Positions 38,692 through 51,666 of a DNA stretch of 64,000 nt are shown here, piece by piece (the first letter of the stretch is position 1; every line of letters begins with the position of its first letter). The translations under genes were made by a program, and so were the position numbers. The notes under the pieces are model-generated. The model worked only from the letters and a program-made list of their open reading frames with translations. It had not been told where the DNA came from and searched no databases. Source of the DNA: Nemertoderma westbladi (lineage: Eukaryota > Animalia > Xenacoelomorpha); assembly GCA_032718475.1 (NCBI GenBank), contig JAUCBJ010008568.1, positions 1-64,000 on the forward strand. Direction: 5' to 3'.

Positions 38692-38945
38692 GTTGGTATT
38701 ATTGTTATGGGCTGTCCCTCTAAATCTAAATGTTGTAAATGATTTTATGTACCGGTAGTATTTATTTGTATGTGCGGTAACCTTTTTGCTCAGTTAGTTT
38801 CAATTTATTATTATATATTGTATATTCTTCCAGAGTTCCAGTCTCTGATATTTTCAATTCCCTTTATGCTTTATTTATTTATTTATTTATTGCTTATTAA
38901 TATTAATTTTATAATATTGTATATGTGTTTAACATCCATAGATTG

Positions 38946-39080
38946 TATAAATTAATAAGTAATTAAACAGGACTAAGGATGATCCAACTCCTCCCCGCTG
39001 GTGGCGAATTCATTTTTTCCGCTCCATTTGCTATAGAGTTGGATCATCCTTAGTCCTGTTTAATTACTTATTAATTTATA
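38946..39080. mobile_element. Small MITE / inverted repeat with 45-bp perfect arms and a 45-nt spacer, in MEMO1 intron 2
   Basis: TATAAATTAATAAGTAATTAAACAGGACTAAGGATGATCCAACTC (38946-38990) and its exact reverse complement (39036-39080). Confidence 0.85.
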
Positions 39081-39348
39081 TATATTAATTTATAAGTTTC
39101 GAGAAACGAGCATGTTACAGTGACACGTTATATACTAACCAAAACAAATAAACTAAATACAATTAAACAAATAACTCATATATTTTTGGTGCTAAGCAAC
39201 TGTTTTTGCGTCTATTTTCCCCTGGAGAGGAATGTATATTGATTCGGCGAATGTCACCCCCCCCCCCCCCCCCCATTCTGTTCAAGGCTTTCATGTTGTT
39301 TGTTATCAGTTTGTCGTTCAACATTCCATTATCAACCGTTTATTTTAG

Positions 39349-39457
39349 TTTACCAAGCTTTAGAAGCAACTGAGAAGTTTGAAACTATCAGTAAACAAAC
39401 AGACGAAGATGAACACAGTATCGAGATGCAGTTGCCCTTTATAGCAAAAGTCATGGA
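39349..39457 (+). CDS. MEMO1: MEMO1 coding exon 3
   Basis: Acceptor TATTTTAG|TT. Translates as VYQALEATEKFETISKQTDEDEHSIEMQLPFIAKVME (EHS.EM motif). The donor GA|GTTAGT is phase 2. Confidence 0.9.
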
Positions 39458-39691
39458 GTTAGTTAACTACCTTTATATTTATAACGACAAATGTATTATT
39501 ATTAGTAGTTTTATTAGAACATTTAGTATTATTGGATCGTGCTTAAATAAGTTTAATCTGAATATTATTCACAGGAATCAGTTCCTCGCTAAATGTGATT
39601 TATATATTTATCCAGCAACGAGTACCAATGAACGTAACATCTCACAAGTTCGGCTCCCTTTCATGAATTGGACTCAATCTTATTTTTACAG

Positions 39692-39914
39692 GGACTATAT
39701 TGACCATGTTACCATAGTACCCATTTTAGTTGGGTCTATAAAGCTTGCAGAGGAGCGTTGCTATGGTGCTATATTGGCCCCTTACCTGGCCGACCCGTCT
39801 ACTTTATTTGTAATATCTTCGGATTTCTGCCACTGGGGACATCGATTCCGTTATACATATCACGATGCTACTCGTGGTCATATTCACCAGAGCATCCAAC
39901 ATTTAGATAGAATG
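39692..39914 (+). CDS. MEMO1: MEMO1 coding exon 4
   Basis: Acceptor TTTTTACAG|G. Translation includes TIVPILVGS, YGAILAPYLADPSTLFVISSDFCHWGHRFRY and IHQSIQHLDRM. The donor ATG|GTGAGT is phase 0. Confidence 0.92.
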
Positions 39915-42900
39915 GTGAGTCACTTACACCAGAGTATACAACATATAGATAGAATGGTAAGTCACTTACACCAGAGTATACAACATATAGATAGAATGGT
40001 GAGTCACTTACACCAGAGTATACAACATATAGATAGAATGGTGAGTCACTTACACCAGAGTATACAACATATAGATAGAATGGTGAGTCACTTACACCAG
40101 AGTATACAACATATAGATAGAATGGTGAGTCACTTACACCAGAGTATACAACATATAGATAGAATGGTGAGTCACTTACACCAGAGTATACAACATATAG
40201 ATAGAATGGTGAGTCACTTACACCAGAGTATACAACATATAGATAGAATGGTGAGTCACTTACACCAGAGTATACAACATATAGATAGAATGGTGAGTCA
40301 CTTACACCAGAGTATACAACATATAGATAGAATGGTGAGTCACTTACACCAGAGTATACAACATATAGATAGAATGGTGAGTCACTTACACCAGAGTATA
40401 CAACATATAGATAGAATGGTGACTCACTTACACCAGAGTATACAACATATAGATAGAATGGTGAGTCACTTACACCAGAGTATACAACATATAGATAGAA
40501 TGGTGAGTCACTTACACCAGAGTATACAACATATAGATAGAATGGTGAGTCACTTACACCAGAGCATCCAACATATAGATAGAATGGTGAGTCACTTACA
40601 CCAGAGTATACAACATATAGATAGAATGGTGAGTCACTTACAACAGAGTATACAACATATAGATAGAATGGTGAGTCACTTACACCAGAGTATACAACAT
40701 TTAGATAGAATGGTGAGTCACTTACACCAGAGTATACAACATATAGATAGAATGGTGAGTCACTTACACCAGAGTATACAACATATAGATGAATGGTTAG
40801 TCACTTACACCAGAGTATACAACATAGATAGAATGGTGAGTCACTTACACCAGAGTATACAACATAGATAGAATGGTGAGTCACTTACACCAGAGTATAC
40901 AACATAGATAGAATGGTGAGTCACTTACACCAGAGTATACAACATAGATAGAATGGTGAGTCACTTACACCAGAGTATACAACATATAGATAGAATGGTG
41001 AGTCACTTACACCAGAGTATACAACATATAGATAGAATGGTGAGTCACTTACACCAGATTATACAACATTTAGATAGAATGGTGAGTCACTTACACCAGA
41101 GTATACAACATATAGATGAATGGTTAGTCACTTACACCAGAGTATACAACATATAGATAGAATGGTGAGTCACTTACACCAGTGTATACAACATATAGAT
41201 AGAATGGTGAGTCACTTACACCAGAGTATACAACATATAGATAGAATGGTGAGTCACTTACACCAGAGTATACAACATATGGATAGAATGGTGAGTCACT
41301 TACACCAGAGTATACAACATCTAGATAGAATGGTGAGTCACTTACACCAGAGTATACAACATATAGATAGAATGGTGAGTCACTTACACCAGTGTATACA
41401 ACATATAGATAGAATGGTGAGTCACTTACACCAGAGTATACAACATATAGATAGAATGGTGAGTCACTTACACCAGAGTATACAACATATAGATAGAATG
41501 GTGAGTCACTTACACCAGAGTATACAACATATAGATAGAATGGTGAGTCACTTACACCAGAGTATACAACATTTAGATAGAATGGTGAGTCACTTACACC
41601 AGAGTATACAACATATAGATAGAATGGTGAGTCACTTACACCAGAGTATACAACATATAGATAGAATGGTGAGTCACTTACACCAGAGTATACAACATAT
41701 AGATAGAATGGTGAGTCACTTACACCAGAGTATACAACATTTAGATAGAATGGTGAGTCACTTACACCAGAGTATACAACATAGATAGAATGGTGAGTCA
41801 CTTACACCAGAGTATACATCATAGATAGAATGGTGAGTCACTTACACCAGAGTATACAACAAATAGATAGAATGGTGAGTCACTTACACCAGAGTATACA
41901 ACATAGATAGAATGGTGAGTCACTTACACCAGAGTATACAACATATAGATAGAATGGTGAGTCACTTACACCAGAGTATACAACATATAGATAGAATGGT
42001 GAGTCACTTACACCAGAGTATACAACATATAGATAGAATGGAGAGTCACTTACACCAGAGTATACAACATATAGATAGAATGGTGAGTCACTTACACCAG
42101 AGTATACAACATATATATAGAATGGTGAGTCACTTACATCAGAGTATACAACATATAGATAGAATGGTGAGTCACTTACACCAGAGTATACAACATATAG
42201 ATAGAATGGTGAGTCACTTACACCAGAGTATACAACATTTAGATAGAATGGTGAGTCACTTACACCAGAGTATACAACATATAGATAGAATGGTGAGTCA
42301 CTTACACCAGAGTATACAACATATAGATAGAATGGTGAGTCACTTACACCAGAGTATACAACATATAGATAGAATGGTGCGTCACTTACACCAGAGTATA
42401 CAACATAGATAGAATGGTGAGTCACTTACACCAGAGTATACATCATTAGATAGAATGGTGAGTCACTTACACCAGAGTATACAACATATAGATAGAATGG
42501 TGAGTCACTTACACCAGAGTATACAACATATAGATAGAATGGTGAGTCACTTACACCAGAGTATACAACATATAGATAGAATGGTGAGTCACTTACACCA
42601 GAGTATACAACATATAGATAGAATGGTGAGTCACTTACACCAGAGTATACAACATATAGATAGAATGGTGAGTCACTTACACCAGAGTATACAACAAATA
42701 GATAGAATGGTGAGTCACTTACACCAGAGTATACAACAAATAGATAGAATGGTGAGTCACTTACACCAGAGTATACAACATATAGATAGAATGGTGAGTC
42801 ACTTACACCAGAGTATACAACATATAGATAGAATGGTGAGTCACTTACACCAGAGTATACAACATATAGATAGAATGGTGAGTCACTTACACCAGAGTAT

Positions 42901-45900
42901 ACAACATATAGATAGAATGGTGAGTCACTTACACCAGAGTATACAACATTTAGATAGAATGGTGAGTCACTTACACCAGAGTATACAACATAGATAGAAT
43001 GGTGAGTCACTTACACCAGAGTATACATCATAGATAGAATGGTGAAACACTTACACCAGAGTATACAACATATAGATAGAATGGTGAGTCACTTACACCA
43101 GAGTATACAACATATAGATAGAATGGTGAGTCACTTACACCAGAGTATACAACATATAGATAGAATGGTGAGTCACTTACACCAGAGTATACAACATATA
43201 GATAGAATGGTGAGTCACTTACACCAGAGTATACAACATATAGATAGAATGGTGAGTCACTTACACCAGAGTATACAACATATAGATAGAATGGTGAGTC
43301 ACTTACACCAGAGTATACAACATATAGATAGAATGGTGAGTCACTTACACCAGAGTATACAACATATAGATAGAATGGTGAGTCACTTACACCAGAGTAT
43401 ACAACATATAGATAGAATGGTGAGTCACTTACACCAGAGTATACAACATATAGATAGAATGGTGAGTCACTTACACCAGAGTATACAACATATAGATAGA
43501 ATGGTGAGTCACTTACACCAGAGTATACAACATATAGATAGAATGGTGAGTCACTTACACCAGAGTATACAACATATAGATAGAATGGTGAGTCACTTAC
43601 ACCAGAGTATACAACATATAGATAGAATGGTGAGTCACTTACACCAGAGTATACAACATATAGATAGAATGGTGAGTCACTTACACCAGAGTATACAACA
43701 TATAGATAGAATGGTGAGTCACTTACACCAGAGTATACAACATATAGATAGAATGGTGAGTCACTTACACCAGAGTATACAACATATAGATAGAATGGTG
43801 AGTCACTTACACCAGAGTATACAACATATAGATAGAATGGTGAGTCACTTACACCAGAGTATACAACATATAGATAGAATGGTGAGTCACTTACACCAGA
43901 GTATACAACATATAGATAGAATGGTGAGTCACTTACACCAGAGTATACAACATATAGATAGAATGGTGAGTCACTTACACCAGAGTATACAACATATAGA
44001 TAGAATGGTGAGTCACTTACACCAGAGTATACAACATATAGATAGAATGGTGAGTCACTTACACCAGAGTATACAACATATAGATAGAATGGTGAGTCAC
44101 TTACACCAGAGTATACAACAATAGATAGAATGGTGAGTCACTTACACCAGAGTATACAACATTAGGTAGAATGGTGAGTCACTTACACCAGAGTATACAA
44201 CAAATAGATAGAATGGTGAGTCACTTACACCAGAGTATACAACATATAGATAGAATGGTGAGTCACTTACACCAGAGTATACAACATATAGATAGAATGG
44301 TGAGTCACTTACACCAGAGTATACAACATATAGATAGAATGGTGAGTCACTTAACACCAGAGTATACAACATTTAGATAGAATGGTGAGTCACTTACACC
44401 AGAGTATACAACAAATAGATAGAATGGTGAGTCACTTACACCAGAGTATACAACATATAGATAGAATGGTGAGTCACTTACACCAGAGTGGAGTATACAA
44501 CATTTAGATAGAATGGTGAGTCACTTACACCAGAGTATACAACATATAGATAGAATGGTGAGTCACTTACACCAGAGTATACAACATATAGATAGAATGG
44601 TGAGTCACTTACACCAGAGTATACAACATTTAGATAGAATGGTGAGTCACTTACACCAGAGTATACAACATATAGATAGAATGGTGAGTCACTTACACCA
44701 GAGTATACAACATATAGATAGAATGGTGAGTCACTTACACCAGAGTATACAACATTTAGATAGAATGGTGAGTCACTTACACCAGAGTATACAACATATA
44801 GATAGAATGGTGAGTCACTTACACCAGAGTATACAACATATAGATAGAATGGTGAGTCACTTACACCAGAGTATACAACATATAGATAGAATGGTGAGTC
44901 ACTTACACCAGAGTATACAACATATAGATAGAATGGTGAGTCACTTACACCAGAGTATACAACATATAGATAGAATGGTGAGTCACTTACACCAGAGTAT
45001 ACAACATATAGATAGAATGGTGAGTCACTTACACCAGAGTATACAACATATAGATAGAATGGTGAGTCACTTACACCAGAGTATACAACATATAGATAGA
45101 ATGGTGAGTCACTTACACCAGAGTATACAACATATAGATAGAATGGTGAGTCACTTACACCAGAGTATACAACATATAGATAGAATGGTGAGTCACTTAC
45201 ACCAGAGTATACAACATATAGATAGAATGGTGAGTCACTTACACCAGAGTATACAACATATAGATAGAATGGTGAGTCACTTACACCAGAGTATACAACA
45301 TTTAGATAGAATGGTGAGTCACTTACACCAGAGTATACAACATATAGATAGAATGGTGAGTCACTTACACCAGAGTATACAACATATAGATAGAATGGTG
45401 AGTCACTTACACCAGAGTATACAACATATAGATAGAATGGTGAGTCACTTACACCAGAGTATACAACATATAGATAGAATGGTGAGTCACTTACACCAGA
45501 GTATACAACATATAGATAGAATGGTGAGTCACTTACACCAGAGTATACAACATATAGATAGAATGGTGAGTCACTTACACCAGAGTATACAACATATAGA
45601 TAGAATGGTGAGTCACTTACACCAGAGTATACAACATATAGATAGAATGGTGAGTCACTTACACCAGAGTATACAACATATAGATAGAATGGTGAGTCAC
45701 TTACACCAGAGTATACAACATATAGATAGAATGGTGAGTCACTTACACCAGAGTATACAACATATAGATAGAATGGTGAGTCACTTACACCAGAGTATAC
45801 AACATATAGATAGAATGGTGAGTCACTTACACCAGAGTATACAACATATAGATAGAATGGTGAGTCACTTACACCAGAGTATACAACATATAGATAGAAT

Positions 45901-48900
45901 GGTGAGTCACTTACACCAGAGTATACAACATATAGATAGAATGGTGAGTCACTTACACCAGAGTATACAACATATAGATAGAATGGTGAGTCACTTACAC
46001 CAGAGTATACAACATATAGATAGAATGGTGAGTCACTTACACCAGAGTATACAACATATAGATAGAATGGTGAGTCACTTACACCAGAGTATACAACATA
46101 TAGATAGAATGGTGAGTCACTTACACCAGAGTATACAACATATAGATAGAATGGTGAGTCACTTACACCAGAGTATACAACATATAGATAGAATGGTGAG
46201 TCACTTACACCAGAGTATACAACATATAGATAGAATGGTGAGTCACTTACACCAGAGTATACAACATATAGATAGAATGGTGAGTCACTTACACCAGAGT
46301 ATACAACATATAGATAGAATGGTGAGTCACTTACACCAGAGTATACAACATATAGATAGAATGGTGAGTCACTTACACCAGAGTATACAACATATAGATA
46401 GAATGGTGAGTCACTTACACCAGAGTATACAACATATAGATAGAATGGTGAGTCACTTACACCAGAGTATACAACATATAGATAGAATGGTGAGTCACTT
46501 ACACCAGAGTATACAACATATAGATAGAATGGTGAGTCACTTACACCAGAGTATACAACATATAGATAGAATGGTGAGTCACTTACACCAGAGTATACAA
46601 CATATAGATAGAATGGTGAGTCACTTACACCAGAGTATACAACATATAGATAGAATGGTGAGTCACTTACACCAGAGTATACAACATATAGATAGAATGG
46701 TGAGTCACTTACACCAGAGTATACAACATATAGATAGAATGGTGAGTCACTTACACCAGAGTATACAACATATAGATAGAATGGTGAGTCACTTACACCA
46801 GAGTATACAACATATAGATAGAATGGTGAGTCACTTACACCAGAGTATACAACATATAGATAGAATGGTGAGTCACTTACACCAGAGTATACAACATATA
46901 GATAGAATGGTGAGTCACTTACACCAGAGTATACAACATATAGATAGAATGGTGAGTCACTTACACCAGAGTATACAACATATAGATAGAATGGTGAGTC
47001 ACTTACACCAGAGTATACAACATATAGATAGAATGGTGAGTCACTTACACCAGAGTATACAACATATAGATAGAATGGTGAGTCACTTACACCAGAGTAT
47101 ACAACATATAGATAGAATGGTGAGTCACTTACACCAGAGTATACAACATATAGATAGAATGGTGAGTCACTTACACCAGAGTATACAACATATAGATAGA
47201 ATGGTGAGTCACTTACACCAGAGTATACAACATATAGATAGAATGGTGAGTCACTTACACCAGAGTATACAACATATAGATAGAATGGTGAGTCACTTAC
47301 ACCAGAGTATACAACATATAGATAGAATGGTGAGTCACTTACACCAGAGTATACAACATATAGATAGAATGGTGAGTCACTTACACCAGAGTATACAACA
47401 TATAGATAGAATGGTGAGTCACTTACACCAGAGTATACAACATATAGATAGAATGGTGAGTCACTTACACCAGAGTATACAACATATAGATAGAATGGTG
47501 AGTCACTTACACCAGAGTATACAACATATAGATAGAATGGTGAGTCACTTACACCAGAGTATACAACATATAGATAGAATGGTGAGTCACTTACACCAGA
47601 GTATACAACATATAGATAGAATGGTGAGTCACTTACACCAGAGTATACAACATATAGATAGAATGGTGAGTCACTTACACCAGAGTATACAACATATAGA
47701 TAGAATGGTGAGTCACTTACACCAGAGTATACAACATATAGATAGAATGGTGAGTCACTTACACCAGAGTATACAACATATAGATAGAATGGTGAGTCAC
47801 TTACACCAGAGTATACAACATATAGATAGAATGGTGAGTCACTTACACCAGAGTATACAACATATAGATAGAATGGTGAGTCACTTACACCAGAGTATAC
47901 AACATATAGATAGAATGGTGAGTCACTTACACCAGAGTATACAACATATAGATAGAATGGTGAGTCACTTACACCAGAGTATACAACATATAGATAGAAT
48001 GGTGAGTCACTTACACCAGAGTATACAACATATAGATAGAATGGTGAGTCACTTACACCAGAGTATACAACATATAGATAGAATGGTGAGTCACTTACAC
48101 CAGAGTATACAACATATAGATAGAATGGTGAGTCACTTACACCAGAGTATACAACATATAGATAGAATGGTGAGTCACTTACACCAGAGTATACAACATA
48201 TAGATAGAATGGTGAGTCACTTACACCAGAGTATACAACATATAGATAGAATGGTGAGTCACTTACACCAGAGTATACAACATATAGATAGAATGGTGAG
48301 TCACTTACACCAGAGTATACAACATATAGATAGAATGGTGAGTCACTTACACCAGAGTATACAACATATAGATAGAATGGTGAGTCACTTACACCAGAGT
48401 ATACAACATATAGATAGAATGGTGAGTCACTTACACCAGAGTATACAACATATAGATAGAATGGTGAGTCACTTACACCAGAGTATACAACATATAGATA
48501 GAATGGTGAGTCACTTACACCAGAGTATACAACATATAGATAGAATGGTGAGTCACTTACACCAGAGTATACAACATATAGATAGAATGGTGAGTCACTT
48601 ACACCAGAGTATACAACATATAGATAGAATGGTGAGTCACTTACACCAGAGTATACAACATATAGATAGAATGGTGAGTCACTTACACCAGAGTATACAA
48701 CATATAGATAGAATGGTGAGTCACTTACACCAGAGTATACAACATATAGATAGAATGGTGAGTCACTTACACCAGAGTATACAACATATAGATAGAATGG
48801 TGAGTCACTTACACCAGAGTATACAACATATAGATAGAATGGTGAGTCACTTACACCAGAGTATACAACATATAGATAGAATGGTGAGTCACTTACACCA

Positions 48901-50725
48901 GAGTATACAACATATAGATAGAATGGTGAGTCACTTACACCAGAGTATACAACATATAGATAGAATGGTGAGTCACTTACACCAGAGTATACAACATATA
49001 GATAGAATGGTGAGTCACTTACACCAGAGTATACAACATATAGATAGAATGGTGAGTCACTTACACCAGAGTATACAACATATAGATAGAATGGTGAGTC
49101 ACTTACACCAGAGTATACAACATATAGATAGAATGGTGAGTCACTTACACCAGAGTATACAACATATAGATAGAATGGTGAGTCACTTACACCAGAGTAT
49201 ACAACATATAGATAGAATGGTGAGTCACTTACACCAGAGTATACAACATATAGATAGAATGGTGAGTCACTTACACCAGAGTATACAACATATAGATAGA
49301 ATGGTGAGTCACTTACACCAGAGTATACAACATATAGATAGAATGGTGAGTCACTTACACCAGAGTATACAACATATAGATAGAATGGTGAGTCACTTAC
49401 ACCAGAGTATACAACATATAGATAGAATGGTGAGTCACTTACACCAGAGTATACAACATATAGATAGAATGGTGAGTCACTTACACCAGAGTATACAACA
49501 TATAGATAGAATGGTGAGTCACTTACACCAGAGTATACAACATATAGATAGAATGGTGAGTCACTTACACCAGAGTATACAACATATAGATAGAATGGTG
49601 AGTCACTTACACCAGAGTATACAACATATAGATAGAATGGTGAGTCACTTACACCAGAGTATACAACATATAGATAGAATGGTGAGTCACTTACACCAGA
49701 GTATACAACATATAGATAGAATGGTGAGTCACTTACACCAGAGTATACAACATATAGATAGAATGGTGAGTCACTTACACCAGAGTATACAACATATAGA
49801 TAGAATGGTGAGTCACTTACACCAGAGTATACAACATATAGATAGAATGGTGAGTCACTTACACCAGAGTATACAACATATAGATAGAATGGTGAGTCAC
49901 TTACACCAGAGTATACAACATATAGATAGAATGGTGAGTCACTTACACCAGAGTATACAACATATAGATAGAATGGTGAGTCACTTACACCAGAGTATAC
50001 AACATATAGATAGAATGGTGAGTCACTTACACCAGAGTATACAACATATAGATAGAATGGTGAGTCACTTACACCAGAGTATACAACATATAGATAGAAT
50101 GGTGAGTCACTTACACCAGAGTATACAACATATAGATAGAATGGTGAGTCACTTACACCAGAGTATACAACATATAGATAGAATGGTGAGTCACTTACAC
50201 CAGAGTATACAACATATAGATAGAATGGTGAGTCACTTACACCAGAGTATACAACATATAGATAGAATGGTGAGTCACTTACACCAGAGTATACAACATA
50301 TAGATAGAATGGTGAGTCACTTACACCAGAGTATACAACATTTAGATAGAATGGTGAGTCACTTACACCAGAGTATACAACATATAGATAGAATGGTGAG
50401 TCACTTACACCAGAGTATACAACATATAGATAGAATGGTGAGTCACTTACACCAGAGTATACAACAAATAGATAGAATGGTGAGTCACTTACACCAGAGT
50501 ATACAACATTTAGATAGAATGGTGAGTCACTTACACCAGAGTATACAACATATAGATAGAATGGTGAGTCACTTACACCAGAGTATACAACATATAGATA
50601 GAATGGTGAGTCACTTACACCAGAGTATACAACAAATAGATAGAATGGTGAGTCACTTACACCAGAGTATACAACATATAGATAGAATGGTGAGTCACTT
50701 ACACCAGAGTATACAACATATAGAT
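39885..50725 (+). repeat. 42-bp minisatellite (about 258 copies) derived from the MEMO1 exon 4/intron 4 junction
   Basis: The unit CACCAGAGTATACAACATATAGATAGAATG|GTGAGTCACTTA is the last 30 nt of exon 4 (3 substitutions) plus the first 12 intron nt. Copy number is estimated as length/42. Confidence 0.98.
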
Positions 50726-50850
50726 TTCCGCCTAGATTCCGGATTTAGTGCACCGGATACCCGACTGTCCGATCCGGCCGGATATGCGGCGGATTTTGGG
50801 CAAAATCTGCTATCCGGCCGGATAGTTGAAAAATCCGGCGATCCACCGTA
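50726..50850. mobile_element. Fragment of a CCGG-rich MITE end (hAT-like subterminal repeats)
   Basis: Repeated TCCGG/CCGGAT motifs (GCACCGGATACCCG, ATCCGGCCGGATA twice), similar in style to TAGGGATGCG...CCGGA at about 24640-24740. Confidence 0.4.
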
Positions 50851-51327
50851 TAATTTGTATAGTCAATGTTTTGTATAACCTTTGTTATTAATACTCACTT
50901 TTTCTTTTAATAATTTTAATTTAATACTCAGCTGCCAAAAATATGTTCACGACAAGTTTACTGCATGTTCTGAAAGAGTCCAAAATCGAATCTGAATTAC
51001 TGGTATATAATATATTTTGATAAGATACTCAGATACTTCTGCTATCTGATAGCAGCTGTTAATACTACGCTGGATTTAAATGGCAATCCTCAAACGTCAC
51101 GTGAAGGTCTGGATCGAAAGGCAATTTTAAGAGTAAAAATATGTTAATATAAATATTTATTATTAATTCTTAGAGAATTATTACATTCTACTTTATACAA
51201 TATTATAAAAAGTTTTTCCTTCAATAGCGTTTATTTTTCGTTGCAATACAGTTTTAAGAGGTTTACTCGGCCCTCTACATTAGATTATCCAACCGAAGTA
51301 ACCAACTAATACTTTCCGTTCTCCCAG

Positions 51328-51666
51328 GGTATGGATCTGATTGAGCAACTGGATGCCGATGGCTTTTACGATTATCTAAAACAATACGCGAACACAATCT
51401 GTGGTCGCCATCCCATCTCGGTGCTGCTAAACGCTATACACGAGTTGAGTAACCACAACGGTCATTCGTGTATAACCCTTCGATTCCTTAAGTACAAACA
51501 GTCTAGCAGGTGTAAACACAACAGTGACAGTTCCGTGAGTTACGCTGCCGCCTCGCTGGTTGTCCGCCCGTTAAACAGCACGGTCCATAGAGGAGGCGGA
51601 GATGCATCAGCCAATCGCAGGTCGGAAGAGTCAACGACCAATCACGCTTCCGGATCACGTCGGTGA
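51328..51666 (+). CDS. MEMO1: MEMO1 coding exon 5 (terminal)
   Basis: Acceptor TTCTCCCAG|GGT. Translation includes [28 protein letters not shown] and [11 protein letters not shown]...[10 protein letters not shown]. The five exons sum to 1023 nt (340 aa plus stop). Confidence 0.93.
   Translation, partial: GMDLIEQLDADGFYDYLKQYANTICGRHPISVLLNAIHELSNHNGHSCITLRFLKYKQSSRCKHNSDSSVSYAAASLVVRPLNSTVHRGGGDASANRRSEESTTNHASGSRR

Noticed and set aside
39300-40871. 523-aa ORF as a single exon
   Set aside because: It reads through a stop-free 234-nt intron (39458-39691, GT...AG) whose translation does not resemble MEMO1. The spliced model restores the conserved sequence. In-frame retention cannot be excluded.
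41124-44372. Minus-strand repeat ORFs (VSDSPFYLYVVYSG)n
   Set aside because: Antisense reading of the same array. The unit's origin is fully explained by the plus-strand exon junction.
44513-50878. 2121-aa ORF (and neighbouring MVSHLHQSIQHIDR ORFs) as a standalone gene
   Set aside because: It lies in MEMO1 intron 4 and follows automatically from a stop-free 42-nt unit. It has no promoter or unique domain and runs out into a MITE fragment.
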